Part shown: positions 8,936 through 17,635 of the stretch, in pieces
Numbering within the stretch: position 1 is the stretch's first letter
How the letters are laid out: every line of letters starts with the position of its first letter
Made by a program: the position numbers and the translations under genes
DNA from: Candidatus Jordarchaeia archaeon
GTDB taxonomy: Archaea > Asgardarchaeota > Jordiarchaeia > Jordiarchaeales > Jordiarchaeaceae
Direction of reading: 5' to 3'
Length of the DNA stretch: 24,000 nt
NCBI GenBank assembly: GCA_029856435.1
Contig: JAHQXB010000179.1
Coordinates: 16,988-40,987, forward strand
The notes under the pieces: generated by a model
The model's database searches: none
The model's input: the letters and a program-made list of their open reading frames with translations, nothing else
Told to the model about the DNA's origin: nothing

Positions 8936-10021
8936 GTGTTGAAATTGAAGCCTTTAGGTGTTGGAATTATTGGGTGTGGTCGAATTTTCGACCTTAATGT
9001 TCTCGGCTATCTACAGACTGATAAGGCTAAGATTGTGGCTCTTTGTGATTCGAGAGGAGTGAGAGCAAAAAAGAGGGCAAAAGAGTATGGTTTATCCGAA
9101 GCTAAAATATACAGGGATTACAATGATTTACTCAAGGACGAACAGGTAGACATGGTGGAGATACTGCTTCCTCACTATTTGCACAAAGAGGTAGCCGTTG
9201 CTGCAGCTGAAGCTGGTAAACATGTTTCGGTTCAGAAACCACCCGCTATGAATGTGAAGGAAATGGATGAGATGATAAGTGCCGCCAGAAAGGCGGGAGT
9301 CAAATTTAAGGTTTATGAAAACTTTATCTTTTATCCCCCCTACCGCAAGGCAAAGGAGCTAATGGATGCTGGAGAAATTGGAAACCCGCACATGATTCGA
9401 ATCAAGATGACTTCGGGCTCCGTGGAATGTGGCTGGGAGGTGCCCTTGGAGGCTTGGATGTGGCGTTTTACTCCAGAACAGTGTGGCGGGGGACCCACAA
9501 TCTGGGATGACGGCTATCACAAGTTTTCTATAGCACGCTACTTTATGGGAGATGTGGACAAGGTATTTGCCTGGATTGAAACCACAGAGCTGGGACCAGG
9601 CTTATATCTTGACTCTCCAGCCATAATTATGTGGAAGTACAAGTCTCCCGGAAAATTGGGAGTATGGGACACATCCTTCGCTCCAGAAATGAAAATTAAA
9701 TCCAAGTATTATGGTACTGACGAGAGAGTGGAAATCACAGGGACAAAAGGTTACATCTGGATAAACCAGTGCACTGGACAACTGCTAGATATTCCCTCAG
9801 TCATAATGTATAAAGATGGAGAATTGACACGATTCGAGAATCTTCGATGCGATTGGGCGGACAGCTTCATTGACTCCACCCTTCACTTCATCGATGCCAT
9901 ATTAGAAGATAAGGAACCAATACTATCAGGAGAGGAGGGAAAAAAGGTTCTCCAATTCGCCCTCGCCGCCCTAAAATCCGCAGAAACCCACAAAGAAGTA
10001 AGCCCAGACGAAATCAAATAA
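8936..10021 (+). CDS. Gfo/Idh/MocA-family NAD(P)-dependent oxidoreductase
   Basis: Rossmann motif 'LGVGIIGCGRI', plus 'YRDYNDLLKDEQVDMVEILLPHYLHKEVAVAAAEAGKHVSVQKP', typical of the family. The start is uncertain: GTG 8936, or TTG 8945 after 'AAGGTG'. Confidence 0.85.
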   Translation: MLKLKPLGVGIIGCGRIFDLNVLGYLQTDKAKIVALCDSRGVRAKKRAKEYGLSEAKIYRDYNDLLKDEQVDMVEILLPHYLHKEVAVAAAEAGKHVSVQKPPAMNVKEMDEMISAARKAGVKFKVYENFIFYPPYRKAKELMDAGEIGNPHMIRIKMTSGSVECGWEVPLEAWMWRFTPEQCGGGPTIWDDGYHKFSIARYFMGDVDKVFAWIETTELGPGLYLDSPAIIMWKYKSPGKLGVWDTSFAPEMKIKSKYYGTDERVEITGTKGYIWINQCTGQLLDIPSVIMYKDGELTRFENLRCDWADSFIDSTLHFIDAILEDKEPILSGEEGKKVLQFALAALKSAETHKEVSPDEIK

Positions 10022-10348
10022 TAAATAAAAACTAAATATGTATTTAGCTCCTGGGAGCCGACCTGGTTTTATACGCTTCCTTTCCCTGAAAAGGAGGGCT
10101 ACCTTATTTTCTTTTCCATGGTGGGAGACATTCGCCAAAGCCTTCCTTCGGGGTTTTAGAGCCCCAATATTGTTATTCAACCACGACAGCTAAACACATA
10201 CAAAACTAACTAAACACCACTCGAAGGTCCGCAAAGGTGTGGTAAGAAACAGAGAAAATGGAAAGGTAGAAAAAAGAATCACACTTGCAAATTTACTAAC
10301 CCTTCTCTTTTTTCTTTTATCAAACTGTTAATAGACAGATTGTAACCT

Positions 10349-12100
10349 CTATCTTTTTAGGTACTTGGGTATAGGGACATCCCACCAGCCGTAAGCTTTA
10401 CCCTGACTTCTGGGGTGCTCCAGAGCTACCTCTAATTCTATCACTGCAGGTTTACCTGAGCTCATTGCATTTTTGATAGCCGCTGCTACCTGTTCACCTC
10501 TATCTATTTTTTCTGCATAGCACCCAAAGGATTCAGCTAGTTTCACATAGTCTGGGGAGTAGAGTTGCCCGGCTTTGTTCCTAAACTCCACACCATAACT
10601 TCTTTCTTTACCATAAACGTCAATTTGAAGGTCGCGTATAGCAATCCAGCCATAATTGTTGAAAATAGTGACCAATATAGGTACCTCGTACTGCACAGCT
10701 GTCGCCAGTTCTTGGCAGGTCATAAGGAATGAACCATCACCCTCTATAGCAATTACTGGCACTTCAGGTTTGGCCAGCTTAGCCCCTATGGCTGCGGGGA
10801 CACCGAACCCCATAGTTGAAAAACCTCCGGGGGAGATATGAGTCCTTGGATAGTAAACTGGAAACTCTTGGAATCCCGACGCTTGGGCGTGTCCAGCGCT
10901 CGTCACCACTATAGTTTCACGAGGCAAAACTTTTCTCAACTCCTTAAGATAGCAAGATATGGTAGTGGGATAGCCCTCCCTTAACTTTTGCAATTCCTTT
11001 TTCCAATCTTCCTTAAGTCTGCAAAGCCTCTTGAAGTAGTCTGACTGCTCATACTTCCTTTTTGAAGTTATTTTCTGAAGAGCTTTGAACAGCTCTCCCA
11101 AAACACTCTTCGCGTCACCAAGTATTGGCACTTCAACTGGATAATTTTTCCCAATTTCGCCCGGGTCGATATCCACGTGTATCAGTTTAGTGGGAGGAAT
11201 ATTGAAGGATTCACCAGGCTTATAGGAACTGGTGGTTTCGTCAGCAAAGCGGCATCCCACCGCAAGAATCACATCTGCTTCCCTTCCAATTACGCTTCCC
11301 ACAGGTGAACCCTTAGAACCAGTATAAAAGGCGCTAAGCGGATGATCCTCTGGAATCACACCCTTTCCCATCATGGTCGTTATTACTGGGGCTCCCAAAA
11401 ATTCTGCCAGCTCCACAAGCTCTTTTTCAGCATTTGCGAGTATCACTCCTCCACCAGCAAGAATCACGGGTCTTTCAGCCTTTGCCAAAAGTTTAGCGGC
11501 TTCAATTATTTTCTCAGGGTCACCCTGAACTCTTCCCCCAAGTCTGGAACCGATGGGCTTAGGAAGTTCCACTTCGGCAGCCTCTGCCTGAACATCCATA
11601 GGCAAATCTATATGTACGGGGCCAGGCCGCCCGCCCAATGCAGTTCTGAGGGCGTTGTTTAAAACCCATGGCAACTGGTCAACCCTTGTTACTTGGTAAC
11701 TCTTTTTGACCACCGGCTCCATAACTCTGGGGAAATCCGCCCAGTGTTTTCTCTCAATTTCTTGAAGAACACCCCTTCCAAACATGTAGGTGTGAACCGA
11801 CCCAGTAAAAATCAGCATAGGAATACTGTCAAGATAGGCGGTGGCTGCACCAATAACCGTGTTACAGGCGCCGGGACCTATAGAGGTGAAAACCGCTAAT
11901 GGTTTACCAGTGACCCTACAGTAACCGTCTGCTAGGTGGCATGCGGACTGCTCGTGTCTAACCTGAATAATAGGAACTTCATGTTCTTTAAAGGCATCAA
12001 CCAAACCTAGATTACCATGCCCAGGAATTCCCACTGCATAAGGAATTTTCTCAGCTAAGAGAGTCTTGGCAATTATCTCTCCACCAGTCAAGTAAGGCAT
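10349..12100 (-). CDS. thiamine-diphosphate enzyme, acetolactate synthase large-subunit-like
   Basis: Motifs 'VRHEQSACHLADGYCRVTGKPLAVFTSIGPGACN' (Pyr domain with the catalytic Glu), 'GRPGPVHIDLPMDV', and the ThDP-binding 'IEGDGSFLM...NN'. I prefer ATG 12100 (MPYLTGG...) over the listed TTG 12115. Confidence 0.85.
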   Translation of the reverse strand: MPYLTGGEIIAKTLLAEKIPYAVGIPGHGNLGLVDAFKEHEVPIIQVRHEQSACHLADGYCRVTGKPLAVFTSIGPGACNTVIGAATAYLDSIPMLIFTGSVHTYMFGRGVLQEIERKHWADFPRVMEPVVKKSYQVTRVDQLPWVLNNALRTALGGRPGPVHIDLPMDVQAEAAEVELPKPIGSRLGGRVQGDPEKIIEAAKLLAKAERPVILAGGGVILANAEKELVELAEFLGAPVITTMMGKGVIPEDHPLSAFYTGSKGSPVGSVIGREADVILAVGCRFADETTSSYKPGESFNIPPTKLIHVDIDPGEIGKNYPVEVPILGDAKSVLGELFKALQKITSKRKYEQSDYFKRLCRLKEDWKKELQKLREGYPTTISCYLKELRKVLPRETIVVTSAGHAQASGFQEFPVYYPRTHISPGGFSTMGFGVPAAIGAKLAKPEVPVIAIEGDGSFLMTCQELATAVQYEVPILVTIFNNYGWIAIRDLQIDVYGKERSYGVEFRNKAGQLYSPDYVKLAESFGCYAEKIDRGEQVAAAIKNAMSSGKPAVIELEVALEHPRSQGKAYGWWDVPIPKYLKR

Positions 12101-12315
12101 AGAATCACAACCCAAAACATTTTACATCAGAAATGTATGAACCCTTTCCCCTAATAATCGTTATCCAAAAAACATTCATAATGAAAATCTCTCAATAAAC
12201 AATTTCTACCGCCAAAAATTTCCCCGAAAAAGGACGCCCAACAATAAAAAAGAGAGAGGATAAATGGATAACCTAAGTAATTAGTGGGGGGCGGGAAAAT
12301 AAATGGGAGTTTTTC

Positions 12316-12648
12316 TTACAATTCGTTTATGTTTATCTTTACTTTGAGTTTTTCCATTCTCTCCTTTAGATCCGGGTGCTCCTCCAGATAGGCGTTTATC
12401 TCTTCTTCGTGCTCTTTTTGGTATTTGAGGAATTCTTCGGCTGTCATTCCTGTTTTTTTCTTGATTTGAGGCTCAAATTTTTTGATGACTTCCATTGTAA
12501 TTTCCATCATTTTTTGCATTATGAGAAAAGGGTTCTTTTCCCTTTTTTTGTTCAATTGTTTGTTAAGCTCCGCCATTCTAGAAGTCATTGCATCCTTGAT
12601 GGGTGGGAAAACCTCCAAAAAATTTGCAACATAAGTTTCAGTATCCAT
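12316..12648 (-). CDS. hypothetical small K/E-rich helical protein
   Basis: 110-aa ORF between ilvD and the ThDP enzyme on the same strand. The opposite-strand ORF (12376-12735) is Phe-rich, typical of a shadow of AAR/GAR codons. I recognised no family. Confidence 0.5.
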   Translation of the reverse strand: MDTETYVANFLEVFPPIKDAMTSRMAELNKQLNKKREKNPFLIMQKMMEITMEVIKKFEPQIKKKTGMTAEEFLKYQKEHEEEINAYLEEHPDLKERMEKLKVKININEL

Positions 12649-12696
12649 AAGTTAATATGGTCCAAAACCAAAAATATTCTTTTCGTATGTAACGGA

Positions 12697-14397
12697 TTAT
12701 TTGCCCAAGACAAGATCACCATTTGGCTCTTTTAGTATCGCACCCATATCTGCGGAAGTAACGAAAAAGCGGTAACGCTGAAGATAACCCTCAGCTCCCT
12801 TAAGCTTTGGGGGTTGGCTCCTCCACTCGTCTAGACGCCTTTTAAGTTCATCGCCAGACACTTCCATGTTTAGTCTCCTTTTGGGGATATCAATTAGTAT
12901 CAGATCTCCATTCTTTACTACTGCTATGGGGCCGCCTTCGGCGGCTTCGGGGGAGACATGCCCAATCATGGCTCCTCTGGTGGAACCAGAAAAACGCCCA
13001 TCAGTTATTAATGCCACTTTGTCCCCCAGCCCCATCCCATTTATTATAGACGCTATCTGGTGCATTTCACGCATTCCCGGCCCGCCCTTCGGGCCCTCAT
13101 ACCTGATGATTATGACATCGCCGGCCACTATTTGTCCACCTAATAGGGCTTCTATAGCCTCCTCCATGGAGTCAAAAACCTTTGCAGGACCTCTGTGAAC
13201 CAGCATTTCTTTAACTACTGCTACGTGCTTGCACACAGATCCATTTGGGGCTAGATTTCCTTTGAGTACTGCGAGTCCCCCCTCTGGATGAACTGGATTG
13301 TCAAAGGGTCTTATGACCTCTGGTCTCAATGTTCTCGCATCACTAATATTCTCTCTGACCGTTTTTCCAGTCACCGTAATACAGTCAAGGTTGAGAATTC
13401 CGCTTAACTCCTTCATAACTGCGGGGATTCCTCCCGCCTCATCTAAATCTTTGAGGTTGTAGGGACCAGATGGCAGAAGGTTACAAATGTGCCGTGTTAA
13501 CGAGTTCAACTCATCCATCCTGTCTAGACCAATGTTTAGCTTTGCCTCCCGAGCTATGGCTGGAATGTGTAGAGTAGCATTAAGAGAGCCTCCCAAAGCC
13601 AAGTCCACTATAATAGCGTTTTCAAATGCTTGCTGCGTCATTATATCCCTGGGAAGCAATGCTTCTTCCACTAGTTTGACTGCTCTTTTTCCTGTCTCAT
13701 GGGCTATGCGGATCTTTTTGGCATCCACAGCGTGGGCTGTAGCGCAGCCGGGAAGCGACATGCCCAGCGCTTCAGTAACTGCGGCCATGGTGTTTGCGGT
13801 TCCCAGCATGGCACAGGAGCCTGGGCCTGGGCAAGCTAATCCCTCGATTATGTTTAGCTCCTCCTCGCTTAGCTCACCCAACTTAAATTTGCCCATAAAC
13901 TCTCGCATCTCTACTGTAGTAATTTTTTTACCCCTATATGAGCCGGGGAGCATAGGGCCGCCCGTTACTACAATGGAGGGAATATTCAGTCTGGCTGCAG
14001 CCATTAAGTGTCCCGGAACCGTTTTATCACAGGAGGGAATAAGTACCATGGAGTCAAACATGTGGGCCTGAACCATGACTTCAATACTATCAGCAATAAT
14101 ATCTCTACTGGGGAGAGGGTACCTCATACCGATAGTTCCCTGGCATAAACCGTCACAAATAGCTATGGTGTCAAATTCGAAGGGTGTGCCCCCCGCGGAA
14201 ATAATTCCCGCCTTAACCGCTCTACTAATAGATCTGAGATGTATGTGACCCGGAACAATCTCATTCCAAGAGTTAACAACCGCCACCCAGGGTCTCTCAA
14301 TAGCTCCATCGTCTAGACCTAAAGATTTAAGCAGCGCCCTCTGAGTACACCTCTGAAACCCCTTCTTAATAAGGTCGCTCCGCAAACCCTGCTTCAT
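12697..14397 (-). CDS. ilvD: dihydroxy-acid dehydratase (IlvD/Edd family)
   Basis: '[23 protein letters not shown]', '[29 protein letters not shown]' and '[17 protein letters not shown]' are the family's Fe-S and active-site motifs. Length 566 aa. Confidence 0.9.
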   Translation of the reverse strand: MKQGLRSDLIKKGFQRCTQRALLKSLGLDDGAIERPWVAVVNSWNEIVPGHIHLRSISRAVKAGIISAGGTPFEFDTIAICDGLCQGTIGMRYPLPSRDIIADSIEVMVQAHMFDSMVLIPSCDKTVPGHLMAAARLNIPSIVVTGGPMLPGSYRGKKITTVEMREFMGKFKLGELSEEELNIIEGLACPGPGSCAMLGTANTMAAVTEALGMSLPGCATAHAVDAKKIRIAHETGKRAVKLVEEALLPRDIMTQQAFENAIIVDLALGGSLNATLHIPAIAREAKLNIGLDRMDELNSLTRHICNLLPSGPYNLKDLDEAGGIPAVMKELSGILNLDCITVTGKTVRENISDARTLRPEVIRPFDNPVHPEGGLAVLKGNLAPNGSVCKHVAVVKEMLVHRGPAKVFDSMEEAIEALLGGQIVAGDVIIIRYEGPKGGPGMREMHQIASIINGMGLGDKVALITDGRFSGSTRGAMIGHVSPEAAEGGPIAVVKNGDLILIDIPKRRLNMEVSGDELKRRLDEWRSQPPKLKGAEGYLQRYRFFVTSADMGAILKEPNGDLVLGK

Positions 14398-14548
14398 AAA
14401 AATTCACATCCATAAAGGTTCCATTTGAAATCCCATTCCAATTTTCAAACTATTTTCCCATAAACATTAACAACTAGAAGAGTGATGATACAAGGGTTTT
14501 TAAAACTAGTTATAAACAAAAAATTTGGGAGATCGGATCCAAACCCTA

Positions 14549-15733
14549 CTAGGACACGTGCTCCAACACTAACTCCGATAAATCATAAAGTTTGAGTTTA
14601 GAATCCAATCTCTTAATAGCTAGATCCAAATTTGTTCTACAGAGAGGGCAGGTTGTAACTAATGCGTCTGCTCCGGTTTCCTCAGCTTCCTTTATACGTT
14701 TTTCAGCGATTGCCACAGAGTTTTCTGGAAAAGCGGTAAAGTATCCTCCTCCACCACCACAACACTGTGAATCTTCCCTGCTGTGCTCCATTTCTACCAA
14801 CTCCACTCCAGGAATGGATTTGATTACTTCTCTGGGGGCATCGTATATTCCAGCATGTCTCCCCAAGTGGCAGGGGTCGTGGTAGGTCACCTTCATGGGA
14901 GACTTTTTCTTGAGTTTGAGCTTACCTTTCTTAATCAGTTCCAGTAGGAGCTCTGAGAAGTGCCTTAGTTTGAAGTCGAAATTTTCCACGAGCATAGGAT
15001 AGACGTTTTTGAAGGTAGAATAGCATCCAGCGCAGGCGGTGACTATCTCTTTCGCCCCAGTTTTCCTGAATATTTCCAAGTTTTCCTTGGCTATTTCCGC
15101 AGAAAGTTTGATTTCTCCATCCCAATAGGGGTGCATACCACAGCAGCCTTCATCGGAAGTTATTGTGAATTTGTACCCAGCCTTCCTGAGCAGTTCCACA
15201 ATGGCCCTGCCCGTTTCTCCATACCGATAAGCTGTTACACAGCCAAAATAGAGCAGAGTATCCGCAGTTTTTGGAACCTTAACCTCCAACCAGCTAAAAC
15301 GTCTCTCCTGAGGCTCCCTGTAAGGATTCCTATATTCCCTTATTCTCCTATCCATTTTTTTCTCCTCTGGAAGAGGACCCAGACCTTGTTCCGTGAGTTC
15401 CCTTCTTGCAACTTTGAGAATGTCAAATGGGCGAACCTCTGCGTCGCATTGCTGGTTGCAAATCTGACAGGTGGTGCAGGAGAAAATTCTCTCCGCAACC
15501 TGTGGTGTGGGCTTAATCCACCCCTTAACCACATTCCTGAGTATCTGCATCTTTCCTCTTGGCGTCACCGACTCCCACTTAACCTGTTGATAAACTGGAC
15601 AGCGAATCCTGCAAAAGGCACAAATATTGCACATAGCAAGCTGTGTCCGAAAATCATTTAGAGTCTTCTTCTCCGCAGCCTTTAATTTTTCCCAATCTTC
15701 CATTGCCTTCTTTTTCTCTTCCTCTGTCGACAT
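14549..15733 (-). CDS. Fe-S subunit, GlcF/HdrD-like (two 4Fe-4S motifs plus two CCG domains)
   Basis: 'CNICAFCRIRCP' and 'CTTCQICNQQCD' (CxxCxxCxxxC), with CCG motifs 'EGCCGMHPY' and 'QCCGGGGGYF'. The start ATG overlaps the upstream gene's stop (TAATG). Confidence 0.85.
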   Translation of the reverse strand: MSTEEEKKKAMEDWEKLKAAEKKTLNDFRTQLAMCNICAFCRIRCPVYQQVKWESVTPRGKMQILRNVVKGWIKPTPQVAERIFSCTTCQICNQQCDAEVRPFDILKVARRELTEQGLGPLPEEKKMDRRIREYRNPYREPQERRFSWLEVKVPKTADTLLYFGCVTAYRYGETGRAIVELLRKAGYKFTITSDEGCCGMHPYWDGEIKLSAEIAKENLEIFRKTGAKEIVTACAGCYSTFKNVYPMLVENFDFKLRHFSELLLELIKKGKLKLKKKSPMKVTYHDPCHLGRHAGIYDAPREVIKSIPGVELVEMEHSREDSQCCGGGGGYFTAFPENSVAIAEKRIKEAEETGADALVTTCPLCRTNLDLAIKRLDSKLKLYDLSELVLEHVS

Positions 15734-17175
15734 TACTTCACACCCGCCATGTAAACAAATTCATCCTTTGGTACTTCTGTGAGTCCCATCACCATAGGGT
15801 TCAAGATGTTGTGTGGGTCAAAAACCTTCTTAATTCCCCGCATCAGGGTAAGGGTGTCCCGGTGTTCCAACTCGATGAACGCCGCCTTTGATACCCCCGT
15901 CCCGTGCTCCGCCGATAGGGTTCCACCATGCTTCCTGATGATAATGTCCACTGCTTCGCTTGCAAACTTCACAGCCATCTCCCTCTGCGCAGGATCCTCC
16001 ACATTTATTGCGCTACCTAGGTGGACATTTCCATCGGCGATGTGTCCAAAGGCCACCATAAGTCTCCCATATTTGGCAGCCAACGCTTTAACCTCCTTAA
16101 TGGCCTCAGGCACGTGAGATATGGGTACTGCAAAGTCTTGGATACTGTTTATAGCAATGTTTTCTCCCCTCAGTTTTGCTAACAGGTTTGCTAGGGAATG
16201 TCTAAGTTTCCAGAGCTCCTCCGTTCTCTTGGGATCTGTGGAGTATATAATTTGTTTCACACCTATTTTTTCGCAAACCTTCCTAACTGTCTCCGCCTCT
16301 TCCTTGACAACCTCTTGGTTGCTTCCGTCCACCTCAATGAATAGTACTGCGCCAGCTGGTGGGAGTCTGTCCTGCTCCTTGAGGGCAGAATTCAGAACCA
16401 TTATGCACACGTCGTCTAGAATCTCCATCGCTGAGGGCAGAATCCCCGTATTAATAATTTCCGTGGCTGCCTCTAACCCCTGCTCATACTTTTCGAAGAC
16501 TGGTACAATCATGGCAGTGTACTTTGGTGCGGGTGTTATCTTCAAGATTATTTCTGTGAATATTCCTAGGCTTCCCTCAGAACCCACCAGAAGCTTAGTC
16601 AGGTTGTAGCCCGAGGAGCTTTTCCAGACTCGCCCCCCAGTTCTAATAATTTTTCCTCCCGGCAGAACAACTTCCAACCCGAGAACATGGTCTACTGTGG
16701 CTCCATACTTTACCGCTCTAATTCCGCTGGCGTTGTTTCCCACCATTCCTCCCACTGTACAGGCGATTGCGGAGCCTGGGTCTGGGGGGAAGCAGTAGCC
16801 ATACTTTCTAAGCTCCTTGTTCAGCTCTCCATAGATTACTCCCGGTTGAACCACTGCTACTCTATCTTTCAGGTTGATTTCTAAGATTTTATCCATTTTG
16901 ACGAAATCTATGAGAATCGCGTTGTTATATGCTAAGGATTGTCCCGCGTAACTTGTCCCTGCACCTCTAGGGGTAACTGGTATTCTGTTTTCATCTGCGA
17001 ATTTGAGGATTTCTGCGACTTCCTCCTTGTTTTCTGGTCTTACCACCGCCACTGGTATAGCTCTCAGAAACGAGGCATCTGAAGCATAGGCCACTAGCTC
17101 AACGGGATCTATAGTGACGTCGTCTTCACCCACAATTGCCGCAAGGGCTTCATAAATCTCCTTTTGATCCATCAA
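15733..17175 (-). CDS. FAD-linked oxidase, GlcD/D-lactate dehydrogenase-like
   Basis: 480 aa with FAD-binding PCMH-type features: 'VVRPENKEEVAEILKFADENRIPVTPRGAGTS', 'PDPGSAIACTVGGMVGNNASG' and the C-terminal 'GGTLSAEHGTG'. It is translationally coupled to the Fe-S subunit. Confidence 0.88.
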   Translation of the reverse strand: MMDQKEIYEALAAIVGEDDVTIDPVELVAYASDASFLRAIPVAVVRPENKEEVAEILKFADENRIPVTPRGAGTSYAGQSLAYNNAILIDFVKMDKILEINLKDRVAVVQPGVIYGELNKELRKYGYCFPPDPGSAIACTVGGMVGNNASGIRAVKYGATVDHVLGLEVVLPGGKIIRTGGRVWKSSSGYNLTKLLVGSEGSLGIFTEIILKITPAPKYTAMIVPVFEKYEQGLEAATEIINTGILPSAMEILDDVCIMVLNSALKEQDRLPPAGAVLFIEVDGSNQEVVKEEAETVRKVCEKIGVKQIIYSTDPKRTEELWKLRHSLANLLAKLRGENIAINSIQDFAVPISHVPEAIKEVKALAAKYGRLMVAFGHIADGNVHLGSAINVEDPAQREMAVKFASEAVDIIIRKHGGTLSAEHGTGVSKAAFIELEHRDTLTLMRGIKKVFDPHNILNPMVMGLTEVPKDEFVYMAGVK

Positions 17176-17293
17176 TCATTCACCCAAAAATTGTCTGTTT
17201 TACAGAGATTGATTATGATTATATCCTTTATCCTCTACTAGGCATTAAAAGTAACGTTTTCAACTCGCACATTTTTATCAATATCGCCGGTAT

Positions 17294-17477
17294 CGTATGT
17301 TTGGAGACACACTTCCCCTTTTTTTGGGAATCCTTTTATGGCTGGTTTTTGGGGAAGTGGGTGTTCCCTATTTTTAACATTATCCTGATTAGTGGAGGTG
17401 GGAGGGATTATGAACGCAGAATAAAAAGGGCAAGGCAGAACGAGAAACTAGCCCGATAGTGCTGTTTAAACCTATGG
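17294..17477 (+). repeat. copy A of a roughly 185-bp intergenic element bounded by imperfect inverted repeats
   Basis: It shares collinear blocks with 23320-23679. These are 'TTATGGCTGGTTTTT' (identical 15-mer at 23515-23529), 'TTTTTAACA', 'TGGAGGTGGGAGGGAT' (against 'TGGAGGTGGGAAGGGAT' at 23421-23437), 'AAGGCAAGG', and the right arm 'GTGCTGTTTAAACCTATGG' (against 'GTGTTGCTTAAACATATGG'). Block spacings agree to within a few nt. Confidence 0.6.
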
Positions 17478-17635
17478 TCGGCGCCGCCTTTAAACTGCTG
17501 TGGTTCCAAGAGTAGGACAAAAGCTAAACGGGATCTATGCTAATATTCTTTTCACCCGCGTGGAGGTGATGACTTGTTTCATTTGAATCTGTTAACAGTT
17601 CCCAACTTTCTCCCCTTAAATTAAGAATGGGGTTA

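Noticed and set aside
9971-10180. A 69-aa minus-strand ORF in the convergent gap after the Gfo-family gene.
   Set aside because: It overlaps the 3' end of the Gfo-family gene, has no RBS or recognisable motif, and lies in a terminator-type region.
10349-12100. Glyoxylate carboligase identity for the ThDP enzymes, which would link them to the GlcDF-like glycolate/glyoxylate step.
   Set aside because: As I recall, glyoxylate carboligase replaces the canonical catalytic Glu with Val ('RHVE'). Both paralogues here keep Glu ('RHEQ' and 'RHER'), so the assignment is unsupported without a phylogeny.
17136-17459. A 107-aa plus-strand ORF in the 17.2-17.6 kb gap.
   Set aside because: It overlaps the start of the glcD-like gene and runs through repeat copy A. 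The conserved repeat blocks fall in different frames in the other copies, so the conservation is at the nucleotide level.
17566-17572. C-box-like 'GTGATGA' strings, here and at 14482-14488, suggesting C/D-box sRNAs.
   Set aside because: No D or D' box (CTGA) lies at the required distance downstream, and there is no terminal stem.
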